29,437 nt of DNA from Chloroflexota bacterium (GTDB lineage Bacteria; Chloroflexota; Dehalococcoidia; UBA2979). Under the pieces are notes generated by a model, which saw nothing but the letters and a program-made list of their open reading frames with translations, made no database searches and was not told the origin of the DNA. Numbering within the stretch: the stretch's first letter is position 1; every line of letters starts with the position of its first letter. This document shows, piece after piece, positions 1 through 11,823 of the stretch. Location of the stretch: contig VYDC01000247.1 of the NCBI GenBank assembly GCA_009843585.1, positions 1 through 29,437 of the forward strand, given 5' to 3'. Both the position numbers and the translations under genes were made by a program.

Positions 1-25
1 TCCGCTCAAACCTGTCCTTCGCCAT
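1..25 (-). CDS. tuf: Elongation factor Tu, 5' end only (runs off the window)
   Basis: Minus strand ATG GCG AAG GAC AGG TTT GAG CGG = MAKDRFER, matching the EF-Tu N-terminus. GAGGG RBS just upstream. Sits directly after fusA, as in the str operon. Not in the ORF track. Confidence 0.9.
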
Positions 26-59
26 CCCTCAGTCTCCCTCGTCCGCTCCCGACGATTCC

Positions 60-2156
<2,097 letters not shown>

Positions 2157-2229
2157 CTCGCGCGTCTTCCTCGACGCCTGATAGCCGCCGCCCCCACCTG
2201 GTGGGGCGGGGGCGGGGTGCAGGCGGCTG

Positions 2230-2700
2230 CTACCAGCGATAGTGAACAAAGGCTCGGTTCGCCTCCGCCATTCGGTGGACCTCTTCCTTGCGTCGCACGG
2301 CGGCGCCGGCATTGTTGGCAGCGTCGAGCAGTTCGGCGGCGAGCTTCTCAGCCATCGACCGCCCGGCGCGGCGGCGGGCGCCGTCGACGAGCCAGCGCAG
2401 GGAGAGGCTGAGCCGGCGGTCGGGGCGGACATCGACCGGCACCTGGTAGGTCGCTCCCCCGACGCGGCGCGGCTTGACCTCGATCACAGGGCTGGCGTTG
2501 CGGACCGCCTGCTCGAAGATGTCGACGCCACGGCGCCCGGTCTGCGTCTCCACGGTGTCGAAGGCCGAGTAGACGATGCGCTCGGCGAGGCTCTTCTTCC
2601 CGCTGTACATGATCCGGTGCGTCAGCCGCGTGACGAGCGTGGACTGATAGCGCGGATCGGGCGAGACATGGCGCCGGGGAGAGCGGTTGCGCCTCGCCAT
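2230..2700 (-). CDS. rpsG: 30S ribosomal protein S7 (156 aa)
   Basis: [46 protein letters not shown]. Start at ATG 2700, just after the rpsL stop. Confidence 0.98.
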   Translation of the reverse strand: MARRNRSPRRHVSPDPRYQSTLVTRLTHRIMYSGKKSLAERIVYSAFDTVETQTGRRGVDIFEQAVRNASPVIEVKPRRVGGATYQVPVDVRPDRRLSLSLRWLVDGARRRAGRSMAEKLAAELLDAANNAGAAVRRKEEVHRMAEANRAFVHYRW

Positions 2701-2704
2701 CGCG

Positions 2705-3118
2705 CTAGCCCTTCCGGGTGCCGTACTTGCTGCGGCTGCGCTTTCGATCGCTGACGCCCTGCGAGTCGAGGGCGCCGCGGATGATGTGGTAGCGGACGCC
2801 GGGCAGATCCTTGACGCGCCCCCCGCGGACCAGCACGACGGAGTGCTCCTGCAGCGTGTGACCCTCGCCCGGGATGTAGGCCGTGACCTCGATGCCGTTG
2901 GTGAGCCGGACGCGCGCAACCTTCCGGAGCGCCGAGTTCGGCTTCTTCGGCGTGACCGTCCGCACCTGGGTGCAGACGCCGCGCTTCTGCGGCGAGCCTC
3001 GCCCCTCGCGGTTAACGCGGTTACGGAGCGTGTTCAGCCGGTAGCGCAGCGCGGGCGCCTTCATCTTGCGGCCCGTGGAGGTCCGCCCCTTGCGTACCAA
3101 CTGGTTGATGGTCGGCAC
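2705..3118 (-). CDS. rpsL: 30S ribosomal protein S12 (137 aa)
   Basis: (M)[35 protein letters not shown] start at 3118 with GGAGG RBS. Carries the N-terminal insertion ([16 protein letters not shown]) of long-type S12. Confidence 0.98.
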   Translation of the reverse strand: MPTINQLVRKGRTSTGRKMKAPALRYRLNTLRNRVNREGRGSPQKRGVCTQVRTVTPKKPNSALRKVARVRLTNGIEVTAYIPGEGHTLQEHSVVLVRGGRVKDLPGVRYHIIRGALDSQGVSDRKRSRSKYGTRKG

Positions 3119-3331
3119 CGCGCCTCCCGGCACTCACCCCACGCCGGCTCGGCGGCCGCCCGCCGCCGGCCTCGTCCCTCATCACCGCGCTGTTTCGGGC
3201 ATCAAGAACGGCCGAGTGGCGAAGCGGGGAGCCAGCCGCGACGCCCCTTCCGGGGGTTGCCGTCGCCGGTCCTCGCCGCTCCACGGCCAAACGGCCGCTC
3301 CGCAATACATCCGCGATGAGCGCGACCACCG

Positions 3332-3360
3332 ATGCTAGGGCTCGCCCCGTGCAGTGTCAA
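3332..3360 (-). promoter_or_regulatory. Sigma70-type promoter of the str operon
   Basis: TTGACA (3360-3355), 17-bp spacer, TAGCAT (3337-3332); implies a leader of about 205 nt before rpsL. Confidence 0.85.
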
Positions 3361-3549
3361 TGCGCGGGGCGCCTCTCGGGCTGCGCGGACGAGGCTCGCC
3401 GGGTGGGGCCCGGAGCGGGCTCGTCGCGAGCGGCATCGGGGCTGCCGTCCCGCAGGAACACGACATACGGCGATGCACCCCGGCCGCCGCCACCGAAGCG
3501 GGACGGCCGCCGAGAGGCGCCGACCTCCGGGAGGAGCGAGACCGGAGGC

Positions 3550-4335
3550 TCAGCGCCTCAGGATCACGCGACGAAAGGACTCGCGGAACGGGGGATCGAC
3601 CTCCTGCTCGCCGGCCGAAGCGCCGGCCGCGGCGGCCTGACGCCGCTGCTCGCGGGCGCGCTCGCGCCACAGCCGCATCAGGTCCTGGACCGATCGCCCA
3701 CCCATCTGCGAGCTGTGCGCGAGCACGGCGCGCACCTTCGTCCTGAGGACCGGCTCGATGTCGACGTGGAAGTCGGGTGCGTCGCTCCCGACGAGCAGGA
3801 GCACGGCCGGCCGGTGGGGCTCGAGCTCCTCCTCCTTGTGGTGCGGGTAGTAGAGGTGATCGTCCGCCGCCGGGTAGATCGCGTCGTAGGTCGCGCGCCC
3901 GACGCGCCGGTGATCGCGGTGGTTGAAGCCGGGACGGAAGCCGTCCCAGGTGACGACGAGCTCCGGACGGCGGATGCGGACCTGACGGACGACGAGGCCG
4001 CGGAGCTCGTCGTCGTTGCGCAGAGCGCCGTCCGGGAAACCGAGGAAGACCGGCTCGCGGGCTCCGAGGATCGCGGCGGCCCGGCGCTGTTCCTCCTCGC
4101 GTACGCCGGCGAGGTACTGCGGCGTGACCCGGGGATCTTTGGTGCCTTTGTTGCCGCTCGTCGCAACGACAATGTCGACCTCCCACCCCTGCCGTGTGAG
4201 CGTCGCAACCGTCCCGCCGCAGGCGAACTCGCTGTCGTCGGGGTGCGCCATCACCACCATGGCGCGCGCTGGCCCGCGAGCAGCGAGCGCGGCGAAGAGA
4301 TCGGGCGCCTCGGCGAGTGGTGCAGCGGCGACCAC
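3550..4335 (-). CDS. PIG-L/LmbE family metal-dependent deacetylase (MshB/BshB/Mca superfamily)
   Basis: AHPDD metal motif, T.G.KG, LGFPDG and HRDH motifs. Confidence 0.88.
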   Translation of the reverse strand: MVAAAPLAEAPDLFAALAARGPARAMVVMAHPDDSEFACGGTVATLTRQGWEVDIVVATSGNKGTKDPRVTPQYLAGVREEEQRRAAAILGAREPVFLGFPDGALRNDDELRGLVVRQVRIRRPELVVTWDGFRPGFNHRDHRRVGRATYDAIYPAADDHLYYPHHKEEELEPHRPAVLLLVGSDAPDFHVDIEPVLRTKVRAVLAHSSQMGGRSVQDLMRLWRERAREQRRQAAAAGASAGEQEVDPPFRESFRRVILRR

Positions 4336-4339
4336 GGGC

Positions 4340-5662
4340 TCAGCAGCCCCCGGCAGCCGCCGGTCGCGCGTGCTCCCGCATCAGCTCCGCGTAGAGCGCG
4401 GCGAGCTCCCTGGCGACGGCGCCCCAGGCGTAGCGGCGCATCGAGCGCGAGGCCGCCTCCCCCATCGAGCGGCGGAGGGGCTCGTTGCGGAGCAGCAGCT
4501 CGATGCGCTCGGCGAAGGGCTCGGGACAGTGCCAGGGGACGAGGTAGCCGGTGCGCCCGTCCTCGATGGTCGTCTGGAGTCCGCCGACGCGCGAGGCGAC
4601 CACCGGCACGCCGGTCGCCATCGCCTCGACGGCAGCCAGGCCGAACGACTCGTAGAGGGACGGCACGGCGACCACGTCGGCTGAGGCGTAGTAGAGGGGG
4701 AGGCGCTCGTGCGGAACCGATCCCATGAAGCGCACGGCGCCGCCCACCCCGAGCTCCGCCGCGAGCGCCTGCAGCCGGCCCACCTCCTCCGAAGCCTGCT
4801 CCACTCCACCCGCGATCAGGAGCTCGACGCCGGACACGCCCCCCGGCCGCCGGAGCTGCGCGACGGCACGAACCAGGATGTCGAGTCCCTTCAGGGGCTG
4901 GATGCGGCAGACCGCGAGCACGAGACGCGACGTCTGGGGCAGGCCGAGCTCCGCGCGGGCCCGCTGCGCCTCCCGCCGGCGGAAGCGGCCGAGGTCGACG
5001 CCCAGGGGGACGACGCGCGTACGGCCGGGCGCGACGCCGTAGATGCGGCGCAGCAGCCCCACTTCGTGCTCGGTCGCCACCACGATGCGGTCGGCGGCGT
5101 GCACGAGACGCCGCTCCGAGACGAGCCTCACGGACGGCTCGTGCTGCGCGGCGAGCGCGCGCCGCTTCACCTCGCCGAGGGTGTGGAACATCGCGATGTG
5201 CGGCACCCGCCAGCGCTCGGCGAGGTGCTCCGCGGCGAGCGCGGAGAGCCAGTAGTGCGCGTGCACGACGTCGTAGCAGCGGCCGTCGCGCTCCGCGAAG
5301 GCGGCGACAGCACCGGAGAACGCGCCGACGTGTTCGCTGAGCGCCGCCGGGAGCAGCGGGACGGCCGGGCCCGCCTCGATCTGGATCAGGCGCACACCCG
5401 GCGCGATCCGCTGGACCTCGGGCGTCCGCTCGTGCTCGCGGCGCGTGAAGACATCGATGGCGATCCCGGCGCGGCCGAGCTCCCTCGCGACCTCGCGGAC
5501 GTAGACGTTCATCCCTCCCGAGACCGGTCCCCCCGGCGGGGCGAGCGGCGAGGTATGCAGAGAGAGCATCGCGACGCGGCGGACGGTGCCGCCCGCGACG
5601 TCGGCCGCGACGCGGCGGGGGTGCAACGGCGCCGGAGCGCGGTCGAGCAGCGAGTACGTCAC
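4340..5662 (-). CDS. GT4 glycosyltransferase, MshA-like
   Basis: VAMLSLHTSPL..GGMNVYVRE, YDVVHAHYWLS, HTLGEVK, RIQPLKG, ESFGLAAVEA. Start uncertain; GTG 5662 follows the folE stop. Confidence 0.88.
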   Translation of the reverse strand: MTYSLLDRAPAPLHPRRVAADVAGGTVRRVAMLSLHTSPLAPPGGPVSGGMNVYVREVARELGRAGIAIDVFTRREHERTPEVQRIAPGVRLIQIEAGPAVPLLPAALSEHVGAFSGAVAAFAERDGRCYDVVHAHYWLSALAAEHLAERWRVPHIAMFHTLGEVKRRALAAQHEPSVRLVSERRLVHAADRIVVATEHEVGLLRRIYGVAPGRTRVVPLGVDLGRFRRREAQRARAELGLPQTSRLVLAVCRIQPLKGLDILVRAVAQLRRPGGVSGVELLIAGGVEQASEEVGRLQALAAELGVGGAVRFMGSVPHERLPLYYASADVVAVPSLYESFGLAAVEAMATGVPVVASRVGGLQTTIEDGRTGYLVPWHCPEPFAERIELLLRNEPLRRSMGEAASRSMRRYAWGAVARELAALYAELMREHARPAAAGGC

Positions 5663-5669
5663 CAGACTG

Positions 5670-6272
5670 CTACGACTGCGCGCGGATGAGCTGCAGGAAC
5701 TCGGCACGGCTCTCCGGGTCGCGACGGAAGACGCCGCGCATCGCCGAGGTCACCATCCGCGACCCGGGCTTGCGGATGCCGCGCGCCGTCATGCAGAGGT
5801 GTTCCGCCTCGATCACCACCCCGACGCCGCGCGCGCCGAGCACGCGCTCGATGCACTCGGCGATCTGCGTGGTGAGTCGCTCCTGCACCTGCGGGCGCTT
5901 CGCGAATATCTCAACGGCGCGCGCGAGCTTGGAGAGACCGACGATGCGCCCGTCCGGAAGGTAGCCGACGTGCGCCTGTCCGTGGAACGGGAGGAGGTGG
6001 TGCTCGCACATCGAGTAGAACGGGATCTCGCGCAGGATGACCATCTCGTCGTGGTCCTCCTCGAAGCTCACCGCGAGCACCTCCTCCGGGTCGAGGAAGA
6101 GACCCTCGAAGAGCTCCTGGTACATGCGCGCCATTCGCCCGGGCGTGTCGACGAGACCCCGGCGGTCGGGATCCTCGCCGACGGCGACGAGCAGTTCGCG
6201 CAGGAGACCCGTCAGACCGGGGGCGTCGAAGGCCCGCGGCGTCGGGGCGCCGCGCAGGGGCGACAGGGTCAT
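5670..6272 (-). CDS. folE: GTP cyclohydrolase I
   Basis: [59 protein letters not shown]. Confidence 0.97.
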   Translation of the reverse strand: MTLSPLRGAPTPRAFDAPGLTGLLRELLVAVGEDPDRRGLVDTPGRMARMYQELFEGLFLDPEEVLAVSFEEDHDEMVILREIPFYSMCEHHLLPFHGQAHVGYLPDGRIVGLSKLARAVEIFAKRPQVQERLTTQIAECIERVLGARGVGVVIEAEHLCMTARGIRKPGSRMVTSAMRGVFRRDPESRAEFLQLIRAQS

Positions 6273-6341
6273 CTCTCGCGTCCTCCCGGGCCGGCGTGCG
6301 GGCGGTGCTCCGCTCTGAGGCGCGGCGCGGTCCGGTGCCGG

Positions 6342-6350
6342 ATCGTAGCA
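6342..6350 (-). promoter_or_regulatory. Possible extended -10 promoter for folE-GT4-PIG-L
   Basis: TGCTACGAT (TGn-TAnnnT) about 70 nt upstream of the folE start; no clear -35. Confidence 0.4.
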
Positions 6351-6391
6351 CGAGCCCCCGCGCCCCCGGCGCTCCGACCGGGAGGCGCCCG

Positions 6392-7480
6392 CTAGCTCCA
6401 GCCGAGGGCGCGTGCCACGGACCCGACCTCCGCCGGCACCTCACGGCGCACGGTCGGGACGCGGAGCGCCGTCTCCGGATCCTTCAGGCCCGATCCCGTG
6501 ATCACGCAGACGGCCGTGAGGCCACGGAGGCTCTCCCCCGCCTCGGCCATCGAGATCAGGCCGGCGACCGAGGCCGCCGAGGCCGGCTCGCAGAAGATGC
6601 CCTCGTCCTGGGCGAGCCGCCGGTAGGCATCGAGGATGCGCTCGTCGCTCACCGCCTCGATGCGGCCCGCCGAGTCGTCCCGCGCAGCGACGGCGCCCCG
6701 CCACGACGCCGGGTTCCCAATGCGAATGGCGGTGGCCACGGTCTCGGGATCCTCGACCGGCGCCCCCCGCACCAGCGGCGCCGCCCCCGCCGCCTGGAAG
6801 CCCCACATGCGCGGCGTCCTGAGCGAGCGCTCTCGGTGCCGGTACTCAACGAAGCCCGCCCAGTAGGCCGTGATGTTCCCGGCGTTACCGACGGGGATCG
6901 CGAGCAGGTCGGGGGCGTCGCCGAGATCGTCGGCGATCTCGAAGGCGGCCGTCTTCTGGCCAGCGATCCGGTACGGATTCACCGAGTTCACGAGCGCGAC
7001 CGCCTCGCGAGCGGCGAGCTGGCGCGCGATCTGCAGGCAGCGGTCGAAGGAGCCGTCGACCGCGATCACCTGCGCGCCGTGCGCCACCGCCTGCGCCAGC
7101 TTCCCCATCGCCACATGGCCGCCCGGCACGAGCACGTAGGCCGGAAGCCCGTGGCGGGCGGCGTAGGCGGCGGCGGCGGCGGAGGTGTTTCCGGTCGAGG
7201 CGCAGAGCACCGCCCGGGCGCCCTCCTCCACTGCCTTGGCAACGGCCACGACCATGCCGCGGTCCTTGAAGGAGCCGGTGGGGTTGGTCGACTCGAGCTT
7301 GAACCAGAGCTCGCCGAGGCCGAGCTCCGCCTCGAGGGCACGCGAGCGGACGAGAGGCGTGCCACCCTCCCCCAGCGTGACCATCGGAGTGCGGTCGGTG
7401 AGGGGCAGCAGGTCGCGGTAGCGCTCCATGATGAAGCGTCCGGGCGCCCCCTCCACCCGCTCGCGGCGCTCGATCGTCAC
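6392..7480 (-). CDS. thrC: Threonine synthase
   Basis: [18 protein letters not shown] (PLP lysine), [37 protein letters not shown]. Lies downstream of hom. Confidence 0.96.
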   Translation of the reverse strand: MTIERRERVEGAPGRFIMERYRDLLPLTDRTPMVTLGEGGTPLVRSRALEAELGLGELWFKLESTNPTGSFKDRGMVVAVAKAVEEGARAVLCASTGNTSAAAAAYAARHGLPAYVLVPGGHVAMGKLAQAVAHGAQVIAVDGSFDRCLQIARQLAAREAVALVNSVNPYRIAGQKTAAFEIADDLGDAPDLLAIPVGNAGNITAYWAGFVEYRHRERSLRTPRMWGFQAAGAAPLVRGAPVEDPETVATAIRIGNPASWRGAVAARDDSAGRIEAVSDERILDAYRRLAQDEGIFCEPASAASVAGLISMAEAGESLRGLTAVCVITGSGLKDPETALRVPTVRREVPAEVGSVARALGWS

Positions 7481-8580
7481 CGCCCAGCCTCCGCGGCGCC
7501 CTCGTCGGATGCCTGACCCTCCTGCTCCTCGCGGGCGGTGAGCGGGGCCTCGGCGAGGCGGGCGAGCAGTTCGTTCGCCACGCGCACCTCGCGATCCAGT
7601 TCGGCGGACCGACGGCCGGCGGCCTGCTCCTGCGCGCGCGCACTGCGGCGAACGTGCTCGATCATCGACTCGCGCTGCCCCTCCACGGTGTCATCGAGCG
7701 CCCGCAGGCGCTCCGCGAGCCCGGTGGCATCCCCGCGCAGCAGCGAGACCGCCTCGTGCTGCGCATCGAGCCGGGCGCTCTCCGCGGCCAGGCGCTCCTC
7801 CAGGTCGGCGAGGCGAGCCTCGAGGCGGTGCCGCTGAACGCGCTGCTGTTCAAGCGCGTCGACCAGCGCCGCCTCCTCGCGCTGGATGGCACGCAGCGAC
7901 CCGACTTCCTCACCGAGCTGGCGGTAGTCGGCCGCGAGGACACCGAGGCGCGTCGCCATCTCGTCGACGGCGGTGCGCAGCGAGTCGGTGGCGGCGACGA
8001 GGCGGGAGAGCTGCTCGGCGGCTCGGCGCTGCACCTCGCTCCCCGCCGCCATGTCGCGCTCGACCCCCGCGAGCCGCTCCTCGGCGCCGAGGGCCGCGGA
8101 CTCGCGGGCCGCGGACTCGTCCTGCAGCCGGCGGAGATGGCCCCCCTCGACCTCGTTCCTCTCCGTCAGGCTCTGGACGCGATCGGCGAGCGCCTGCTGC
8201 TGCGCCTCACGCTCGGCCGTGCCGGCCCGCTCGTTCTCGATGAACGCGAGCAAACGCTGCGCGAGTTCGCGGCGCTGCGCCGATTCCGTCTCCATGCGCT
8301 CCCTGAGCGCCTCCAGTTCGCGAGTGGCGTCGCGCGCGAGCTGCTGTCCCGTCTCGTGGCGCTCGGTACGGCCGGAGAGGACCTGTATCTGCTGCTGCGC
8401 ACCGTCGAGCTCGCCCCGCTGCGCGTCGAGCTCCGTGCGCAGCACCGTCAGCATTCGCTGGTGCTCGGCGTGGAGCTGGCGCACAACCTCCGTCTGCTGG
8501 GCGATAAGCTCGCGGGCGGCCGCCACCTGCGGGGCGGCGGGGGCCGTGGTGGCGTCCGTCGCGGTGCCGTCGGCCGTCAC
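7477..8580 (-). CDS. Hypothetical long coiled-coil protein (367 aa)
   Basis: E/Q/R/A/L-rich heptad-like sequence with no enzyme motif. GTGA overlaps with both hom and thrC. Confidence 0.8.
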   Translation of the reverse strand: MTADGTATDATTAPAAPQVAAARELIAQQTEVVRQLHAEHQRMLTVLRTELDAQRGELDGAQQQIQVLSGRTERHETGQQLARDATRELEALRERMETESAQRRELAQRLLAFIENERAGTAEREAQQQALADRVQSLTERNEVEGGHLRRLQDESAARESAALGAEERLAGVERDMAAGSEVQRRAAEQLSRLVAATDSLRTAVDEMATRLGVLAADYRQLGEEVGSLRAIQREEAALVDALEQQRVQRHRLEARLADLEERLAAESARLDAQHEAVSLLRGDATGLAERLRALDDTVEGQRESMIEHVRRSARAQEQAAGRRSAELDREVRVANELLARLAEAPLTAREEQEGQASDEGAAEAGR

Positions 8581-9893
8581 CTGGCACCTCCGTCGCCGTA
8601 GATCGGCAGCACGCTTCCCACCTCCGGCACGTCGCCCTCGAGCGCGGCGATCTCCGTCAGCGCCCCGTCGAGCCGCCCGGTCACCGCCGGATGCGTGGTG
8701 ATCACGATCTCCGCGGTGCGCGCCCGGGAATCCGCCTCCACCTGGATCACCGAGGCGAGACTGATCTCGTGCCGCCCGAGAATACCGGCGATCCCTGCCA
8801 GCACGCCCGCTCGGTCGGCGACGGTGAGCCGGAGGTAGTGCCGGGCGACGACCCGCTCCCGGGGTCGGACCTGCGCCCGTGCGTAGGGCGCGGCCTCCGG
8901 GGGAAGCCGTCCGGTGGCGACGTCGCGCGCGACATCGAGCACGTCGGCGAGCACCGCGCTCGCGGTCGGGCGCGCGCCGGCGCCGGCACCCTCGAAGAGG
9001 ACGCGACCCACGAGGTCGCCCTCGACCTGTACGGCGTTGCGCACGCCGTCCACCGTCGCAAGCGGCTCGTGGCGCGCGATCAGCGTGGGCGAGACGGTCG
9101 CGACCAGTTCGGCGCCGGTCGGACCGGGCAGGAGGGAGCCCTGTGCCAGGAGCTTGATCGCGTAGCCGAGATCCTGCGCGTAGGCGAAGTCGCGCGCGGC
9201 GAGCCCGCGGATCCCCTGACGCGAGACCGCCTCCGGCGAGACGACGACGTGGAAGGCGAGCCCGCAGAGGATCGCGAGCTTGTAGGCGGCGTCACCCCCG
9301 TCGACGTCGGCTGCCGGGTCGGCCTCGGCGTAACCCAGGCGCTGTGCCTCAGCGAGGACATCGCCGTATTCGGCGCCACGCTTCGCCATCGCGGTGAGCA
9401 TGAAGTTCGTGGTGCCGTTGATGATGGCCGTCACGTCGGTGATCTCGTTCGCGAGCAGATCGCGCGAGAGCGGGCTGATGATCGGAATGCCGCCCCCGAC
9501 CGCCGCCTCGTAGAGCAGCCGCACGCCGCGCTCGGCGGCGAGGGCGAGCAGCTCGGGACCGTGCTTCGCCATCACCTCCTTGTTCGCGGTGACGACGTGG
9601 CGGCCCGAGCGTAGCGCGCTCTCGATATGCTGGCGCGCTGGCTCCTCACCCCCCATCAGCTCGACGACGACGTGCGTGCCCTCGTCGGCGAGTATCGAGC
9701 CGACCTCGGAGGTCAGGTGGTCGGATGGCACGCCCTCGCGCGGGCGGCCCGCATCGCGCACCAGCACCCCGCGCAGCGCGAGTGGCCGGCCAACGCGGGA
9801 GGAGTAGCGCTCCGCCCCGGTCTCGATGGCGCGCGCCACCCCGGCCCCGACGGTCCCGGCGCCCAGGAGCGCGATCCCGATCGCGTCTGCCAT
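8577..9893 (-). CDS. hom: Homoserine dehydrogenase with C-terminal ACT domain (438 aa)
   Basis: LLGAGTVG, VVTANK, YEAAVGGGIP, INGTTNF, GYAEADP..DVDG, GAGARPTASAV, ACT-like DRAGVLAGI. ATG 9893 overlaps the upstream TGA. Confidence 0.96.
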   Translation of the reverse strand: MADAIGIALLGAGTVGAGVARAIETGAERYSSRVGRPLALRGVLVRDAGRPREGVPSDHLTSEVGSILADEGTHVVVELMGGEEPARQHIESALRSGRHVVTANKEVMAKHGPELLALAAERGVRLLYEAAVGGGIPIISPLSRDLLANEITDVTAIINGTTNFMLTAMAKRGAEYGDVLAEAQRLGYAEADPAADVDGGDAAYKLAILCGLAFHVVVSPEAVSRQGIRGLAARDFAYAQDLGYAIKLLAQGSLLPGPTGAELVATVSPTLIARHEPLATVDGVRNAVQVEGDLVGRVLFEGAGAGARPTASAVLADVLDVARDVATGRLPPEAAPYARAQVRPRERVVARHYLRLTVADRAGVLAGIAGILGRHEISLASVIQVEADSRARTAEIVITTHPAVTGRLDGALTEIAALEGDVPEVGSVLPIYGDGGAR

Positions 9894-10888
9894 CAGGGCC
9901 TCCCGGCGTGATCGGCGAGACGGCGCACGAACCGTTCGGTGACCCACGCCGCCTCGCCGGGCGAGAGGTCGTTCTCGAACCCGATCGCCGCGCGCTCCGA
10001 GGCGAGCCACGCCGCGAGTCGCTCCCCCACGAGTTCCGCGACCTGTCCGGGCTCGAGGGCACGTCGCTCGGCGCGCTCCTCCAGGAGGTAGAGCTCGACG
10101 AAGGGCCCGACTGCGAGCGGCTCGGTGACCTCGCCGAGCTCGAGGGTCGCGACCGCCCCGGCGACGGCGGCGTCGACGGCGTCGAGGAGCATCCAGCCGA
10201 GATCGCCGCCCGGCAGCGAGAGTGCCTCGACGGAGGCCTCGTCCGCGAGAGCGGAGAAGGGCTCCCCCGCGAGCGCCCGCCCGCGCAACTCGGAGGCGCG
10301 GGCCTCGTCGCCCACGCGGATCCGCCGCAGGCGCAGCTGGGGGGCGGCTTCGGGCAGCTCCTGCTCGAAGCGCGCCCGCAGCGCGGCCTCCTGGATGCGC
10401 GCATCCACGAGAGCCTCGAAGGTCCGCACCGAGTCCGGGCTCCACAGCAGGTCGGCCAGTGCCTGGGCGAGCGACGCCTCGTCCGCCTCCGCCGGGAGCC
10501 CGAGCAGCGCGCGCATCTCGGCCGCCCGCTGGTGGTCGGTCGGAGCGCCGAACGCGGCGGCGCCCCCGCTGCGCAGCGCCGCCTCGTCGGCGAGGCGCTC
10601 GAGAGCGAAGGCGGCGAACTCGTCGATCGGCGGCGCCTGAACGGCCGGCTCGAGAATGGAGATCAGCGCTGCGCGGTCGACGAGCGCCTGAGCGGAGACC
10701 GACTCGGCACCGACGGTGCCGACACGGGCGCGGGGCGGGAGGTACTGCGTGATCACCAGTCCGACGACCACGACCAGAAGCGCCGCGAGCAGGACGCCCG
10801 CAGCCGCAAAGACGATGCGACGCTCGCGACGCGCGTCGCGCTCGCGCTGCTCGCGCGCGCTGATCCGGACCGCGCGGCTACCGGCCAC
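9893..10888 (-). CDS. Membrane-anchored SurA/PrsA-like foldase with PpiC (parvulin)-type domain
   Basis: Basic N-terminus plus one TM helix; GEPFSALA.EAS..GGDLGW and EVTEPL..G motifs. The usual H-I-L histidine appears replaced (RRIRV). Confidence 0.75.
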   Translation of the reverse strand: MAGSRAVRISAREQRERDARRERRIVFAAAGVLLAALLVVVVGLVITQYLPPRARVGTVGAESVSAQALVDRAALISILEPAVQAPPIDEFAAFALERLADEAALRSGGAAAFGAPTDHQRAAEMRALLGLPAEADEASLAQALADLLWSPDSVRTFEALVDARIQEAALRARFEQELPEAAPQLRLRRIRVGDEARASELRGRALAGEPFSALADEASVEALSLPGGDLGWMLLDAVDAAVAGAVATLELGEVTEPLAVGPFVELYLLEERAERRALEPGQVAELVGERLAAWLASERAAIGFENDLSPGEAAWVTERFVRRLADHAGRP

Positions 10889-10948
10889 CGGCTCGCGCCC
10901 CCTGTCCCACGCCGGCCGAGCGAGCCGTCACCCCCCGGGATCGCGGGG

Positions 10949-11275
10949 CTAGCGCCGGACCGGGTTCACGCCCGAGAGGCGCACGTGCTCCGACGTGTAG
11001 GGGAGAAGCGCGAGGAAGCGGGCCCGCTTGATCGCCCGGGCGACGACGCGCTGGTGCTTGGCGCAGGCGCCGCCCTTGCGCCGGGCGTCCATCTTGGCGC
11101 GTTCGGTGAGATAGCGGGCGAGCATGGCCGTGTCCTTGTAGTCGACCCGTCGTGCGTCCTCGCCGCAGAACTCGCAGCCGCGCCGCCGGGGTCGGCGCCC
11201 GCCGCCGCGACCACCACGGCCGCCTCGGTCGGGGCGCTCGGAGCGGCTGCCCGCCCTCTCTCTCTCGTTCGTCAC
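10949..11275 (-). CDS. rpsR: 30S ribosomal protein S18 (Zn-binding CxxC..C..H form, Gly/Arg-rich N-terminal extension)
   Basis: CEFC..VDYKD..L.RYLTERAK..R..G.CAKHQR....AIKRARFLALLPY. Confidence 0.97.
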   Translation of the reverse strand: MTNERERAGSRSERPDRGGRGGRGGGRRPRRRGCEFCGEDARRVDYKDTAMLARYLTERAKMDARRKGGACAKHQRVVARAIKRARFLALLPYTSEHVRLSGVNPVRR

Positions 11276-11347
11276 CGCCGCTCCCTACTTCCGCCGGCGG
11301 GTCCCGCCGGGCCGCCGCGTCGCTCGCCGTGGCGACCGTCACCGCCC

Positions 11348-11764
11348 CTAGAAGGGGAGGTCGTCCGGGTCGACATCGCCGTCCCCATCCCGGCCCACCG
11401 GCACGCCGCCGAGACGCTCCTGCGCGCCAGCGCCGGCGTCACGGCCGCCGAGGAACTTCACGTTCTCCGCGATCAGCTCGGTCCGGTAGCGCGTCCTGCC
11501 CTCCTGGTCCTCCCACGAGCGGGTCCGCATGCGGCCCTCGACGAAGACCTGTCGGCCCTTCGAGAGGTACTGGCTGCAGGTCTCCGCGAGGCGGGCCCAG
11601 GTCACCACGGAGAACCACTCCGTCTCCTCGCGCCGCTCCCCGTCGGTGCCGTAGTACTGCCTGGAGGTCGAAACGAGGAACGTCTTCATGTACGTCCCGT
11701 TCTCCGTGTAGCGCATCTCCGGGTCGACCCCGAGGTTTCCGATAATCATGCACTTGTTCAGCAT
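11348..11764 (-). CDS. ssb: Single-stranded DNA-binding protein
   Basis: LNKCMIIGNLG.DPEMRYT, ETEWF.VV.W, YLSKGRQVFVEGR, C-terminal DDLPF; located between rpsF and rpsR. Confidence 0.97.
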   Translation of the reverse strand: MLNKCMIIGNLGVDPEMRYTENGTYMKTFLVSTSRQYYGTDGERREETEWFSVVTWARLAETCSQYLSKGRQVFVEGRMRTRSWEDQEGRTRYRTELIAENVKFLGGRDAGAGAQERLGGVPVGRDGDGDVDPDDLPF

Positions 11765-11823
11765 CGGCGATCTCCCGCGGGGAGCTCCTGCTCGTCGACG
11801 CCGCGGGCGTCCGCGTGCGTCAC

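Noticed and set aside
2183-2228. G-rich hairpin region between rpsG and fusA as a G-quadruplex or regulator
   Set aside because: Only three long G-runs; a simple intercistronic hairpin is enough to explain it.
2157-2432. ORF-track N-terminal extensions of fusA, and likewise of rpsG, hom, the acyl-CoA dehydrogenase, DnaD-like, rplI, purL, rpsU and moaDE
   Set aside because: They overlap neighbouring genes or promoters; internal starts with an RBS or coupling match family N-termini.
2705-3118. Streptomycin-resistance alleles in rpsL
   Set aside because: TPKKPNS and RVKDLPG are wild type.
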